64,000 bases of DNA from Clostridiales bacterium (GTDB taxonomy: Bacteria; Bacillota; Clostridia; Oscillospirales; CAG-272), in NCBI GenBank assembly GCA_024693345.1, contig JAILLB010000122.1, positions 38,523-102,522 on the forward strand, written 5' to 3'. Of the stretch, positions 38,334 to 47,408 are shown piece by piece. The position numbers and the translations under genes were made by a program. The notes under the pieces were generated by a model. That model ran no database searches, had not been told where the DNA came from, and saw only the letters and a program-made list of their open reading frames with translations. The number at the start of each line of letters is the position of its first letter. Within the stretch, counting starts at the first letter, position 1.

Positions 38334-39485
38334 CTAATCTAAAAAATCTTTCAATCTGTTCGCTCTGTTTGGATGTCTTAGTTTCTTCAACGCTTTTACT
38401 TCAATCTGTCTGATTCTTTCACGTGTTATGTTGAACTTCTGACCGACCTGTTCAAGCGTCATCTCTTTTCCATCAATAAGTCCGAACCTCATTTTTATAA
38501 TCGCTTCTTCCCTTGGGGTCAAAGTGTGCAGAACTTCATTGAGTTCATCTTTCAGCATCTGTTTCGATGTTATATCTATGGGCTCCGGTGAATCCATATC
38601 TTCGATGAAATCACTGAGTTTACTGTCATCTTCTTCGCCTATAGGCGTTTCAAGAGAGACGGGATCTTGGGCAATCTTCATAACCTCTGCTACCTTTTTT
38701 ACAGGCATCTTCAGTTCCTGAGAAATCTCTTCAATTGTCGGATCTCTTCCAAGTTCCTGCTGTTTGATTCTTGTAATGTTAGAAATCTTGTGAATGGTTT
38801 CCACCATGTGAACAGGTATTCTGATTGTCCGTGCCTGATCGGCAATTGCTCTGGTAATACCTTGCCTAATCCACCATGTGGCATAAGTGGAGAACTTATA
38901 TCCCTTGTTGTAGTCGTATTTGGATACCGCTTTCAGTAATCCCAAATTTCCCTCTTGTACGAGATCAAGAAAAGCTAATCCCTTTCCTATATATTTTCTC
39001 GCTATACTGACCACTAGACGAAGGTTCCGTTCAACGATAATGTTGCGGGCCTCCTGGTCTCCCTCTTCTATCCTTTTTGCCAGTTCAATTTCTTCTTCCT
39101 GTGTAAGCAAAGGATACTTTCCGATATCCAGTAAGTACTGTCTTACAGCATCGGATGTCGCCGATTCATCTTCAACAGGAATATCCTGTGGAAAGTCTGA
39201 ATCTTCGATAAATGAATCTTCCGAACCTAGGTCATCCTCAAAAAAGTTGTTTGGCTCCCAACCAATTGAATCCAGGGCATCATAGAGTTTATCTATAGCT
39301 TCCGGGTCAGTATTGGGATCTTGCAAAACTTTTAAAACTTCGATGTCAGTTACAGGCTCTTCGCGGCTTATTTTACTGAGCAGTTCGTTGACAAGAACAT
39401 TTCTGTTATTTTGCTGTGACTTTTTCTTTGGTTTTGACTCTTCTGAAATGTTCGTTTCTTCCACGTCATAATCTTTAATTGTCAC
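38334..39485 (-). CDS. rpoD: RNA polymerase primary sigma factor (SigA/RpoD)
   Basis: 383 aa, directly after dnaG. Motifs [73 protein letters not shown] and [14 protein letters not shown]. The GTG start overlaps the dnaG stop by 11 nt. Confidence 0.93.
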   Translation of the reverse strand: MTIKDYDVEETNISEESKPKKKSQQNNRNVLVNELLSKISREEPVTDIEVLKVLQDPNTDPEAIDKLYDALDSIGWEPNNFFEDDLGSEDSFIEDSDFPQDIPVEDESATSDAVRQYLLDIGKYPLLTQEEEIELAKRIEEGDQEARNIIVERNLRLVVSIARKYIGKGLAFLDLVQEGNLGLLKAVSKYDYNKGYKFSTYATWWIRQGITRAIADQARTIRIPVHMVETIHKISNITRIKQQELGRDPTIEEISQELKMPVKKVAEVMKIAQDPVSLETPIGEEDDSKLSDFIEDMDSPEPIDITSKQMLKDELNEVLHTLTPREEAIIKMRFGLIDGKEMTLEQVGQKFNITRERIRQIEVKALKKLRHPNRANRLKDFLD

Positions 39486-41238
39486 TTTGTTCTTTCCTCT
39501 TCAACTCCAAAATTTTTTGCGTGTGTTTTATCGGGTCTTCTTCTTGACTTAGTTCTTTTTCCTCTTTTAAATTGTTTATCAACTGCGCCAAAATATCTCT
39601 GCTGTTATTTCCAAGACTGTTTCTGCGCATTTTGATTTTCATTATGTATGAGAATTCTCTCTCATTGAAACTACCATTCAGTGTGCCTTCTTCAAATACA
39701 CCTTCACACTCGGTCATCGCTTCAAATACCCTTTTATCAAACTCGGTAATGAAGTCTTCTTTGCCAAGTTCAAGAGAACCATTCTTAATGTCGTTTATGA
39801 GATCAGTGTTATTCAGCAAAACACTGATTATTTCCTCTTCGGTTCCGGCAACTTTTGGGTTATTGTCAAAATCTTTGTTTACGAGTTCTCTGTTTTTCTT
39901 GTGACTGTTCAGCTCTGCTTCAACGTATTTTCTGTCATTCTTGCGTTTGTTATACTTACGTTTGTTATTGACATCATGTTTTATGGAATCAACATTTACA
40001 CCGGTTCTTTGTGCAAGTTTTCCTATGTAGACTTCACGTTCTATTTCGCTGTCTATGTCAGCAAGAAAATCACATGCCTCGCTTATAGCCTTTATTTTCT
40101 CTTCATCAACGCTGAAGTTGTACTTCTTCTGGAGATCATTGAGAACAAATTCTAACTTACCGGCACTGTTTCTGACACAATTTTCAAATTTATCTTTTCC
40201 ATATTTCTTGACATACTCATCTGGATCTTTGGCCTCTCCGTCCAATCGGAGCACTTTTACATTCACTGAGAGATTTTTGAACATTTCAAGAGCTCTCATG
40301 GTCGCATTATAGCCCGCCTGATCATTATCGTAGCAAACAATTACCGTGTCGGTATATTTTGCAATTGTTCTGGCCTGATCTTCGGTCAATGCCGTGCCAA
40401 GTGTAGCAACTGAATTGGTAAATCCCGCAAGATTCATCCCAATGACATCCATATACCCTTCACATAAAAGAAGGAATTCCTTGCATGAAGATTTTGCAAA
40501 ATTGAGCGAATACAGATTTTTTCCTTTTTTGAATACTGCGGTATCGGAAGTATTGAGATATTTAGGCTTTACGTCATCCCTGATCGCTCTTCCTCCAAAC
40601 CCCAGAACACGTCCCATGTTGTCAATAATCGGGAAAATGATACGATCCCTGAAATAGTCATAACATTTTCCGTTTTGGCCCTTCATACAGAGATAGTTTT
40701 CCTGTAATTCTTTGTCTGTGTATCCGAGTCCATGAAGTTTCTCATAAAGCTTGTTTCCGACGGGATTGTATCCGATTCCGAAATGTGTAACCGTAGATGT
40801 CGACAATCCTCTTTTTCTGAAGACATAATTCTGTGCTTCTCTGTTGTCCGGGTTTCTCAGTTGTTCGACAAAAAAAATAGCAGCCTCCCTGTTCATGGAG
40901 TAGAATCTCTGGCGTTTTTCCGAATCTGTTTCGGAACCGCTTTCTGTGTCAGGCATTTTCATTCCTGCTCTGTTGCACAGAAATTCAAGCGCCTGCTTAT
41001 AATCGAGATTCTCCATTTTCATAATGAAAGTTATGACGTCTCCTGCCGCTTCGCAGCCAAAACAATAATAATTTTCATTTTTAGGGAAAACTGTAAATGA
41101 AGGAGTTTTTTCAGAATGGAACGGGCACAAACCGGTATAGTTTGAGCCTGCTTTTTTCAGTGTGACGTATGATGACACAACATCAACTATATTGTTTCTG
41201 GACTTGAGTTCCTGAACAAAAAAGTTAGAAAATGCCAT
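39475..41238 (-). CDS. dnaG: DNA primase
   Basis: Zinc-ribbon [11 protein letters not shown]...CFGC and TOPRIM motifs ([14 protein letters not shown]). Confidence 0.95.
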   Translation of the reverse strand: MAFSNFFVQELKSRNNIVDVVSSYVTLKKAGSNYTGLCPFHSEKTPSFTVFPKNENYYCFGCEAAGDVITFIMKMENLDYKQALEFLCNRAGMKMPDTESGSETDSEKRQRFYSMNREAAIFFVEQLRNPDNREAQNYVFRKRGLSTSTVTHFGIGYNPVGNKLYEKLHGLGYTDKELQENYLCMKGQNGKCYDYFRDRIIFPIIDNMGRVLGFGGRAIRDDVKPKYLNTSDTAVFKKGKNLYSLNFAKSSCKEFLLLCEGYMDVIGMNLAGFTNSVATLGTALTEDQARTIAKYTDTVIVCYDNDQAGYNATMRALEMFKNLSVNVKVLRLDGEAKDPDEYVKKYGKDKFENCVRNSAGKLEFVLNDLQKKYNFSVDEEKIKAISEACDFLADIDSEIEREVYIGKLAQRTGVNVDSIKHDVNNKRKYNKRKNDRKYVEAELNSHKKNRELVNKDFDNNPKVAGTEEEIISVLLNNTDLINDIKNGSLELGKEDFITEFDKRVFEAMTECEGVFEEGTLNGSFNEREFSYIMKIKMRRNSLGNNSRDILAQLINNLKEEKELSQEEDPIKHTQKILELKRKEQSDN

Positions 41239-41303
41239 ACCATCACCGCCTAAATTAACGAAATTTCGAACATAAATACAATAGACTTGGCAAAATTCCT
41301 TCT

Positions 41304-41927
41304 TTATTTTTTAATTCTTAAGAATTTTCCGACTTCAGAACATGTTTCCTGGCCGTTTGTCAAATTCGTGTATCTGTTTTTGAATGAATCGACATTATAC
41401 TCCGGAACAGAAAAAGACAATTCAATTTTGTCCACAAAATCTGTGGACAAAACAATACCTTCCAGTTCATCAATGAGTCTGTAAGTCTTTTCATAGTCTG
41501 AATATGAACACTTAATCATCAAATCCACAAATGGAATGAAGTTGACAATTTCAGAGTTGTTAAGCGCTCCGCTGGCGGCACTGGAATATGCTCTTACAAG
41601 ACCCTTGGCCCCAAGAAGAATGCCACCGAAATACCTGGTCACCACAATGCATACATTACTTAAACCGTTAAGCTTGATAACACTCATCACGGGAGCACCT
41701 CCGGTACCCTGAGGCTCGCCATCATCAGACATTTTTTCTGAATTACCGGTTACATAAGCATAAACGTTATGCCTTGCTTCAGGGTTACTCTTGGATATTT
41801 CTGATATCTTCTTTTCTGCTTCCTGAGCATCGCTAACAGGGAAAATATGCCCTATGAACACAGATTTCTTTTCAACCAATTCGTACTTGACGTATTCCTT
41901 GACTGTTTTGATATTGTTGTCAGCCAT
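41304..41927 (-). CDS. YigZ / IMPACT-family protein
   Basis: 207 aa. Motifs KSVFIGHIFPV, ARHNVYAY and DDGEPQGTGGAPV. Confidence 0.85.
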   Translation of the reverse strand: MADNNIKTVKEYVKYELVEKKSVFIGHIFPVSDAQEAEKKISEISKSNPEARHNVYAYVTGNSEKMSDDGEPQGTGGAPVMSVIKLNGLSNVCIVVTRYFGGILLGAKGLVRAYSSAASGALNNSEIVNFIPFVDLMIKCSYSDYEKTYRLIDELEGIVLSTDFVDKIELSFSVPEYNVDSFKNRYTNLTNGQETCSEVGKFLRIKK

Positions 41928-43188
41928 CTATAAAATCCTCGACTATGCCTTTTGTCTTTTTGTCCAAAATGGCTTCTACATGTGCGCCATCTTCTTTGTA
42001 ATCAACACTTTTCACTGATGCATTCTTGTAAAGGTAATCAACCAGTGACAATTTGTCCATCGGAAGATGGATTTTATACAAACGTTTATTCTCGTTCATT
42101 ACTTGATACATGAACTCTTCGAGCTCTTTGATTCCGTCTCCGTCAAGAGCCGAAATGTATACTTCCATCTTGTCTCTTGTGTTGCTTTTTTCCACGACAC
42201 CCAGGTCACACTTGTTATATACGTATATTTTCGGTAGTTCGCTTGCACCGAGTTCTGCAATAAGATCTTCAGTTACTGCAAGTTGTGATTTGAATTCAGG
42301 GTCACTTACATCAGTTACAATCAGGAGCGCATCAGAATACTTTATCTCATCAAGAGTTGACTTGAATGATTCCACAAGCATATGAGGCAGGTTGCGTATA
42401 AGTCCAACCGTGTCAGTAAGGAGTATTTCCTCTCCTCTATCCATAGTGTACTTTCTTGTGGTTGTATCAAGTGTCGCAAACAGTTTATCTTCAGCAAGAA
42501 CACCGGCAGATGTCATTTTGTTGAGCAACGTGGACTTTCCGGCATTGGTATATCCTACAATTGCAAATTTGAATATTCCGCTTTTGTCCCGTGAGCCACG
42601 CTGGGTCATCCTGTTTTTTTCTATTTCGCCGAGTTTTTCCTCAAGCGCATCAATTCTTCTTTTTACGTGTCGTCTGTCCGTCTCAAGTTTGGATTCACCG
42701 GGACCTCTTGTGCCTATGCCGCCTCCGAGACGGGACAATGCTTTTCCTTTTCCTATAAGACGAGGAACAGTATATTTGAGCTGTGCCAATTCGACTTGTA
42801 GCTTACCTGCTGCACTTTCTGCATGTTTTGCAAAAATATCCAGAATGAGCATGCTCCTGTCTATTACATCTGCACAGTCTATTTCATCCTCAAGATTTTT
42901 TATCTGTGAAGGAGAAAGGTTGTCGTCAGTTATGACCAAATCTATATCATTGTTTGAGCACAATTCCTTAAGTTCTTTTACTTTTCCGGATCCTATGTAT
43001 GTTGCCGGATTCGGTGCTTCTTTGTTCTGAATCATTCTGCAGAAAACTTCTGCACCGGCTGTCTCTGCCAGTCTTTCAAGTTCGTCCAAAGAAATCTCTT
43101 TTGCTTTTTTGTCATCCGAATCTGTTACAACAGACAAAAGAACCACTTTGTTAGTTATTTCCGTTTTGTTTTCCATCAAATTCTCCAA
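41920..43188 (-). CDS. hflX: GTPase HflX
   Basis: HflX N-domain, then G1 GYTNAGKSTLLN, G3 DTVG and G4 NKCD. Confidence 0.93.
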   Translation of the reverse strand: MENLMENKTEITNKVVLLSVVTDSDDKKAKEISLDELERLAETAGAEVFCRMIQNKEAPNPATYIGSGKVKELKELCSNNDIDLVITDDNLSPSQIKNLEDEIDCADVIDRSMLILDIFAKHAESAAGKLQVELAQLKYTVPRLIGKGKALSRLGGGIGTRGPGESKLETDRRHVKRRIDALEEKLGEIEKNRMTQRGSRDKSGIFKFAIVGYTNAGKSTLLNKMTSAGVLAEDKLFATLDTTTRKYTMDRGEEILLTDTVGLIRNLPHMLVESFKSTLDEIKYSDALLIVTDVSDPEFKSQLAVTEDLIAELGASELPKIYVYNKCDLGVVEKSNTRDKMEVYISALDGDGIKELEEFMYQVMNENKRLYKIHLPMDKLSLVDYLYKNASVKSVDYKEDGAHVEAILDKKTKGIVEDFIDG

Positions 43189-43235
43189 GTAAAAATAATA
43201 GGGCTAACAATCGGTTTTTTCCAATCATTAACCCC
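43188..43235 (-). terminator. Strand-specific terminator after rpmE
   Basis: On the minus-strand RNA, GGGUUAAUGAUUGG / CCGAUUGUUAGCCC pairs over 14 bp (4 G-U pairs) and is followed by UAUUAUUUUU. The plus-strand version has A-C mismatches. Confidence 0.6.
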
Positions 43236-43253
43236 TCAATATTATTTGCCAAA

Positions 43254-43460
43254 TTATTTCTGGATTCCTTCAAGACGTTTTTTAAATCTGTCAACACGAC
43301 CGCCTGTATCAACGAATCTCTGTTTACCAGTATAAAACGGATGGTTTCCTGACCATGTTTCAACACGGAGTTCGGGTTTTGTAGAACCAACAGTGAACAA
43401 TTCTTCACCATCACAGTAAACTTTGGCCTGATAATATGTAGGATGAATTCCCTTCTTCAT
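43254..43460 (-). CDS. rpmE: 50S ribosomal protein L31
   Basis: 68 aa. Motifs MKKGIHP and HPFYTGKQRFVDTGGRVDRF. Only one Cys, so no CxxC pairs. Confidence 0.93.
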   Translation of the reverse strand: MKKGIHPTYYQAKVYCDGEELFTVGSTKPELRVETWSGNHPFYTGKQRFVDTGGRVDRFKKRLEGIQK

Positions 43461-43583
43461 GACTGAACACCTTCCTTCCGTAAGATTTTTTGCCCAATAA
43501 CTATATCACATTATTATAGCGATTTCAAGAACAATTTTTATTAAATTCGCAAAAATATCAAAAAATGCGACAGCAACTGATTT

Positions 43584-44834
43584 TTACAACATTTTTTCTG
43601 CTGCAGACAATATAGCCAGTCTTCCGCTTTCATAAGTCAGACCGCCCTGAAAATACGCAATATATGGTTCACGCAGTGGTCCGTCTGCAGATAATTCAAT
43701 GGAAGCACCCGAAATAAATGTACCCGCAGCCATTATCACCTGGTCTGCGTACCCAGGCATATCCCATGGTTCAGGTTTAACAAATGAATCAACAGGAGAT
43801 GAGCTCTGAATACCCTGGCAGAATGAGCAGAGTTTGTCCGCTGAGCCCAAAATCACTGACTGGATAATGTCATGTCTGTCTTCCGTATATGATGGGTAAG
43901 TCTCAAATCCGAGAGCTGAAAAAATGAATGATGCAAACGCAGCTGTTTTCTTTGCCTGGCAAACCACATGAGGCGCCAGGAAGAATCCTCTGTACATATC
44001 TCTCTTCTCATCGAGCGTAGCACCGCACTCAAGGCCTATACCGACTGTAGTCAGTCTGTACGAAGCCAGTTCAACATACTTCTTCTTTCCAGCAACATAT
44101 CCGCCCGTTTTGGCAATACCACCGCCCGGGTTTTTAATGAGAGATCCTGCCATTAAGTCTGCGCCGTAAAATGTCGGTTCATGTTCATCACAGAATTCAC
44201 CATAGCAATTGTCAACAAATACGCAAGCGTCGGATATTGAATGACAGAACGATACAATTTCACCAATCTTTTCAGCAGAAAAAGTAGGTCTGTTCTCATA
44301 TCCCTTGGATCTTTGGATATACAGCATTTTCACTCTGTTCCCGTACTCTGAAACCTTCTCTTTAACAGTTTCAAAATCCACATCTCCGTCCTTTAACGGT
44401 ACTTCGTCATAATCTATACCGAAATCCGCAAGAGAACCATCGCCGTTTTTTGTCTTGTTTCCTATAACTTCACTCAAAGTGTCGTATGGAGCTCCTGTGA
44501 TAGACAAAAGTACATCACCCGGTCTCAAAACACCGAACAGAGCTATAGATATAGCTTGTGTTCCATTGACAATATTGTGTCTTGCAAATGCTGCTTCTGC
44601 TTCAAATGCACCGGCAAATATGTTGTCAAGTGCATCCCTGCCGTTATCTCCATATCCATATCCTGTGCTGCCTGCAAACAGAGACTCGGATACTCTGTTC
44701 TTTTTGAACTGTTCGAGAACTCTTTCAGACGTTATATAGGAAATCTTTTCAAATGAGTCGAAAACTCCCCTCAATTCATCTTGGGCTCTGGAGTCGAGTT
44801 CTTTAAGCTTTTCAGATAAAATCAATTCAATCAC
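43584..44834 (-). CDS. PLP-dependent enzyme of the YnbB / 'aluminium resistance protein' (Met-gamma-lyase-like) family
   Basis: 416 aa. Family-typical regions STGYGYGDNGRD and IKNPGGGIAKTGGY. Linked to hflX, as with Bacillus ynbA-ynbB. Confidence 0.75.
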   Translation of the reverse strand: MIELILSEKLKELDSRAQDELRGVFDSFEKISYITSERVLEQFKKNRVSESLFAGSTGYGYGDNGRDALDNIFAGAFEAEAAFARHNIVNGTQAISIALFGVLRPGDVLLSITGAPYDTLSEVIGNKTKNGDGSLADFGIDYDEVPLKDGDVDFETVKEKVSEYGNRVKMLYIQRSKGYENRPTFSAEKIGEIVSFCHSISDACVFVDNCYGEFCDEHEPTFYGADLMAGSLIKNPGGGIAKTGGYVAGKKKYVELASYRLTTVGIGLECGATLDEKRDMYRGFFLAPHVVCQAKKTAAFASFIFSALGFETYPSYTEDRHDIIQSVILGSADKLCSFCQGIQSSSPVDSFVKPEPWDMPGYADQVIMAAGTFISGASIELSADGPLREPYIAYFQGGLTYESGRLAILSAAEKML

Positions 44835-46260
44835 CTTCCGTTGTGTTTTTTCTCACCAATTCGCAGAACCTGTTTCCCCTGACTTCAAAGTTTCTGAAAG
44901 AATCAAAACTGGCAGAAGCCGGAGAAAGAAGCACCACATCGCCAGGCAAAGCGTGTTTTTCTGCTTCTTTTACTGCAGAATCAAAATCCTCTACATATGT
45001 GTACTGGTTCTGAGAAATACCCTTCTTTTCAAGTAAATTTCTGATTGTGACACCTGTTTTTCCCGTAGTGACGATAAACCTGGATTTTTCGCATAGCAAG
45101 TCTATCATTGGATCATAAGGAATGTTCTTGTCCGATCCGCCGCAAATAACAATAAGCGGCTCTTCAAATGACTTCAAGGCAGCCATTGACCTTGTAGGAG
45201 TTGTATCTATTGAACTGTTGTAATACTTCACCCCATTTTTCTCACATACAAATTCGATTCTGTGTCTCACGCCTCTGAATTCTTCAACGGCGCGAATGAA
45301 ATTCTCTTTTGAAACAACATTTTTTGTGGCTGAATAAGCCGCCATCACGTTCTCAATGTTGTGTGTTCCTCTCAAAAAAATCTGCGAATCTGACATCACC
45401 TTTTCAAGGCACCCACCACATTTGTATAATATGTCTCCGTTTTCATAGTAAACACAAGACTCCGCATCAACTTCGCCCCTCGATGAGAAAAATGTCACTT
45501 TCGCTCGTGTTTTTTTGATTATTTCATGCGTATTGGGATCTTCCGCGTTAAGAGTGGCATAACAATCTGAACTTTGATTTACCACAATGTTCTCTTTGCT
45601 CAATACGTATTCTTCCATATCTATGTGCCAGTTAAGATGGTTGGGCGTGATATTGGTTATTACCGAAGAATACGGCGAAAATCTCATTGTCATAAGTTGA
45701 AAGCTGGACAACTCCAATACAACCATGTCACCACTTTTCATGTTTTCAAGTTCGCAAATGAGAGGAGTTCCTATATTACCTCCAAGGTAAACTATTCCGC
45801 CTGTCTCTTCGCATTGCTTTTCAAGTATCTTTGAGATAAGGGTCGTTGTTGTTGTCTTTCCGTCGCTTCCGGTAACAGCGAAAATCTTACAAGGACACAG
45901 TTCACATACTATTTCGATTTCAGAAGTAAGAACTGAACCTTTTTCAACTGCGCTCTTGAATTCTTCCAAATCCGGTCGTATGCCCGGAGTTTTAACGATA
46001 ATGTCTTCACTCAAATCATTGAGATAGTTGTCACCGAAAATGCATTTGACACCATTTCCCTTCAGAATAGGCTCTACTCTGACAACTTCCCCGCCTTCGC
46101 CGTACGGAGTGTACGTCGGATCGGGATTTTTGTCTCTTGCAGTCATTTCCACTCCGAGATTTGAGAAAAACTCGACAGCTTTCATGTTGCTTATTCCCAT
46201 TCCGATGAAAGTGACTCTTTTGCCTTTGACCTTTTCGGCATATCCGGTTAGCTTGCTCAT
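44827..46260 (-). CDS. murD: UDP-N-acetylmuramoylalanine--D-glutamate ligase
   Basis: Mur ligase P-loop VTGSDGKTTTTTLI with the MurD N-terminal Rossmann-like domain (FIGMGISNM). Confidence 0.9.
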   Translation of the reverse strand: MSKLTGYAEKVKGKRVTFIGMGISNMKAVEFFSNLGVEMTARDKNPDPTYTPYGEGGEVVRVEPILKGNGVKCIFGDNYLNDLSEDIIVKTPGIRPDLEEFKSAVEKGSVLTSEIEIVCELCPCKIFAVTGSDGKTTTTTLISKILEKQCEETGGIVYLGGNIGTPLICELENMKSGDMVVLELSSFQLMTMRFSPYSSVITNITPNHLNWHIDMEEYVLSKENIVVNQSSDCYATLNAEDPNTHEIIKKTRAKVTFFSSRGEVDAESCVYYENGDILYKCGGCLEKVMSDSQIFLRGTHNIENVMAAYSATKNVVSKENFIRAVEEFRGVRHRIEFVCEKNGVKYYNSSIDTTPTRSMAALKSFEEPLIVICGGSDKNIPYDPMIDLLCEKSRFIVTTGKTGVTIRNLLEKKGISQNQYTYVEDFDSAVKEAEKHALPGDVVLLSPASASFDSFRNFEVRGNRFCELVRKNTTEGD

Positions 46261-47051
46261 GTCAGATTCTCCAGTACATCAATGTATTGTTCAAGGGTCA
46301 GATTTTCTCCCCTGACATCATTGTTTATTCCAGCTTTTTTCAGTGCATCGATTATTGAATCCTTGCTGAATAATCCGCTTTCTCTCACAGAATTGACAAA
46401 TTTCTTTCTTCTCTGATAAAACCCTGCTTCTATGAGTTTGAACAGTTTCTCTTCGCTGCATTGATATCTCTCCTTGATGTCAATCTTAACAACTGTAGAC
46501 CATACTTTAGGCGGTGGGGTAAAATTTCCCGGTGCAACATTAAGACACTTCTTAATGTCCGCGTAATACTTGAGTTTGTATGTGAGAGGAACCGCATCTC
46601 CGCTTCCTGTCTCTGCGCACAGTTTGTCAGCCACTTCCTTCTGAACGAGAAGAACAATGTTATCAAACAATTGCGCATTGTCCATGAGCTTGTCTACGAT
46701 TGGAGATGTTATGTAATACGGAATGTTAGCACACACGCTGATTTTTCCATTCCAGTCACCTATCAGATTTCCTATATCTAATTTTAGAAAATCTTCGTAC
46801 AGCACTTCGACATTCGAACACTCACCGAGTTCGCTTTCAAGAACATCTGCCAATGACTTGTCTAGTTCAACAGAACGAACTCTTGCGTATTTTTCAGATA
46901 GTTTTTTGGTAAGAGCACCAATTCCCGGACCTATTTCTATGATCAATCTGTCACCGCTTCCGCAAAGCGAAGATATCTGCTCCAGTATTGAATCATTATT
47001 CAAAAAATTCTGTCCGTAACTCTTTTTTGCCTTCACTTTGTCTTCAGACAT
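46257..47051 (-). CDS. rsmA: 16S rRNA (adenine1518/1519-N6)-dimethyltransferase
   Basis: SYGQNFLNN and the SAM motif IEIGPGIGALT. I trimmed the start to MSEDKVKAKK (ATG 47051). The tracked 47177 start would run through tRNA-Thr. Confidence 0.92.
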   Translation of the reverse strand: MSEDKVKAKKSYGQNFLNNDSILEQISSLCGSGDRLIIEIGPGIGALTKKLSEKYARVRSVELDKSLADVLESELGECSNVEVLYEDFLKLDIGNLIGDWNGKISVCANIPYYITSPIVDKLMDNAQLFDNIVLLVQKEVADKLCAETGSGDAVPLTYKLKYYADIKKCLNVAPGNFTPPPKVWSTVVKIDIKERYQCSEEKLFKLIEAGFYQRRKKFVNSVRESGLFSKDSIIDALKKAGINNDVRGENLTLEQYIDVLENLT

Positions 47052-47135
47052 TTCAGTACCTCTGTGAATGTTGAACCAAATCAACATTTTTAATTTGACA
47101 AAATATTTATTATGTGTTAATATTCGTGTTGCTAT

Positions 47136-47211
47136 GCTAATGTGGCTCAGCTGGTAGAGCAGTTGATTCGTAATCAACAGGTCGCGGGTTCGAATCCCGC
47201 CATTAGCTCCA
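47136..47211 (+). tRNA. tRNA-Thr (anticodon CGT)
   Basis: Hand-folded cloverleaf: acceptor GCTAATG/CATTAGC, D stem GCTC/GAGC, anticodon stem GTTGA/TCAAC with loop TTCGTAA, T arm GCGGG-TTCGAAT-CCCGC, encoded CCA. Confidence 0.9.
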
Positions 47212-47241
47212 AATTCAGGGAGTTTTTATAGCACCCTTATT

Positions 47242-47315
47242 GCAGGTATAACTCAGTGGTAGAGTGCCAGCTTCCCAAGCTGGTTATGCGGGTCCGATTC
47301 CCGTTACCTGCTCCA
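47242..47315 (+). tRNA. tRNA-Gly (anticodon CCC), with a non-canonical T-loop
   Basis: Acceptor GCAGGTA/TACCTGC, D stem ACTC/GAGT, anticodon stem CCAGC/GCTGG with loop TTCCCAA, T arm GCGGG-TCCGATT-CCCGT, encoded CCA. T-loop position 55 reads C. Confidence 0.8.
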
Positions 47316-47324
47316 TAATAACTG

Positions 47325-47351
47325 GTGCGCCTTAACCGGCGCACGTTTGTT
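47325..47351 (+). terminator. Terminator after the tRNA pair
   Basis: Stem GTGCGCC / GGCGCAC, 6-nt loop, then GTTTGTT. Confidence 0.7.
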
Positions 47352-47408
47352 ATAGCCAAGAAATTATACCAAAATACAAAAAATGTGTCAACAAAAGGGA
47401 CTTCAATT

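Noticed and set aside
37632-38337. ORFs on the + strand opposite the lysine-rich part of the 586-aa sigma gene (for example 37954-38337, 127 aa, Phe/Ser-rich)
   Set aside because: These mirror the AAG/GAA-rich coding strand (TTC/CTT codons). There are no start signals, and the sigma reading frame is continuous and conserved.
46257-47177. Tracked N-terminal extension of rsmA; the tracked start of the ABC-F gene at 47325; and the 124-aa ORF 47237-47611 (-)
   Set aside because: All of these run through or overlap the two tRNA genes and their terminator. Conserved N-termini with plausible starts exist at 47051 (rsmA) and 47409 (ABC-F).
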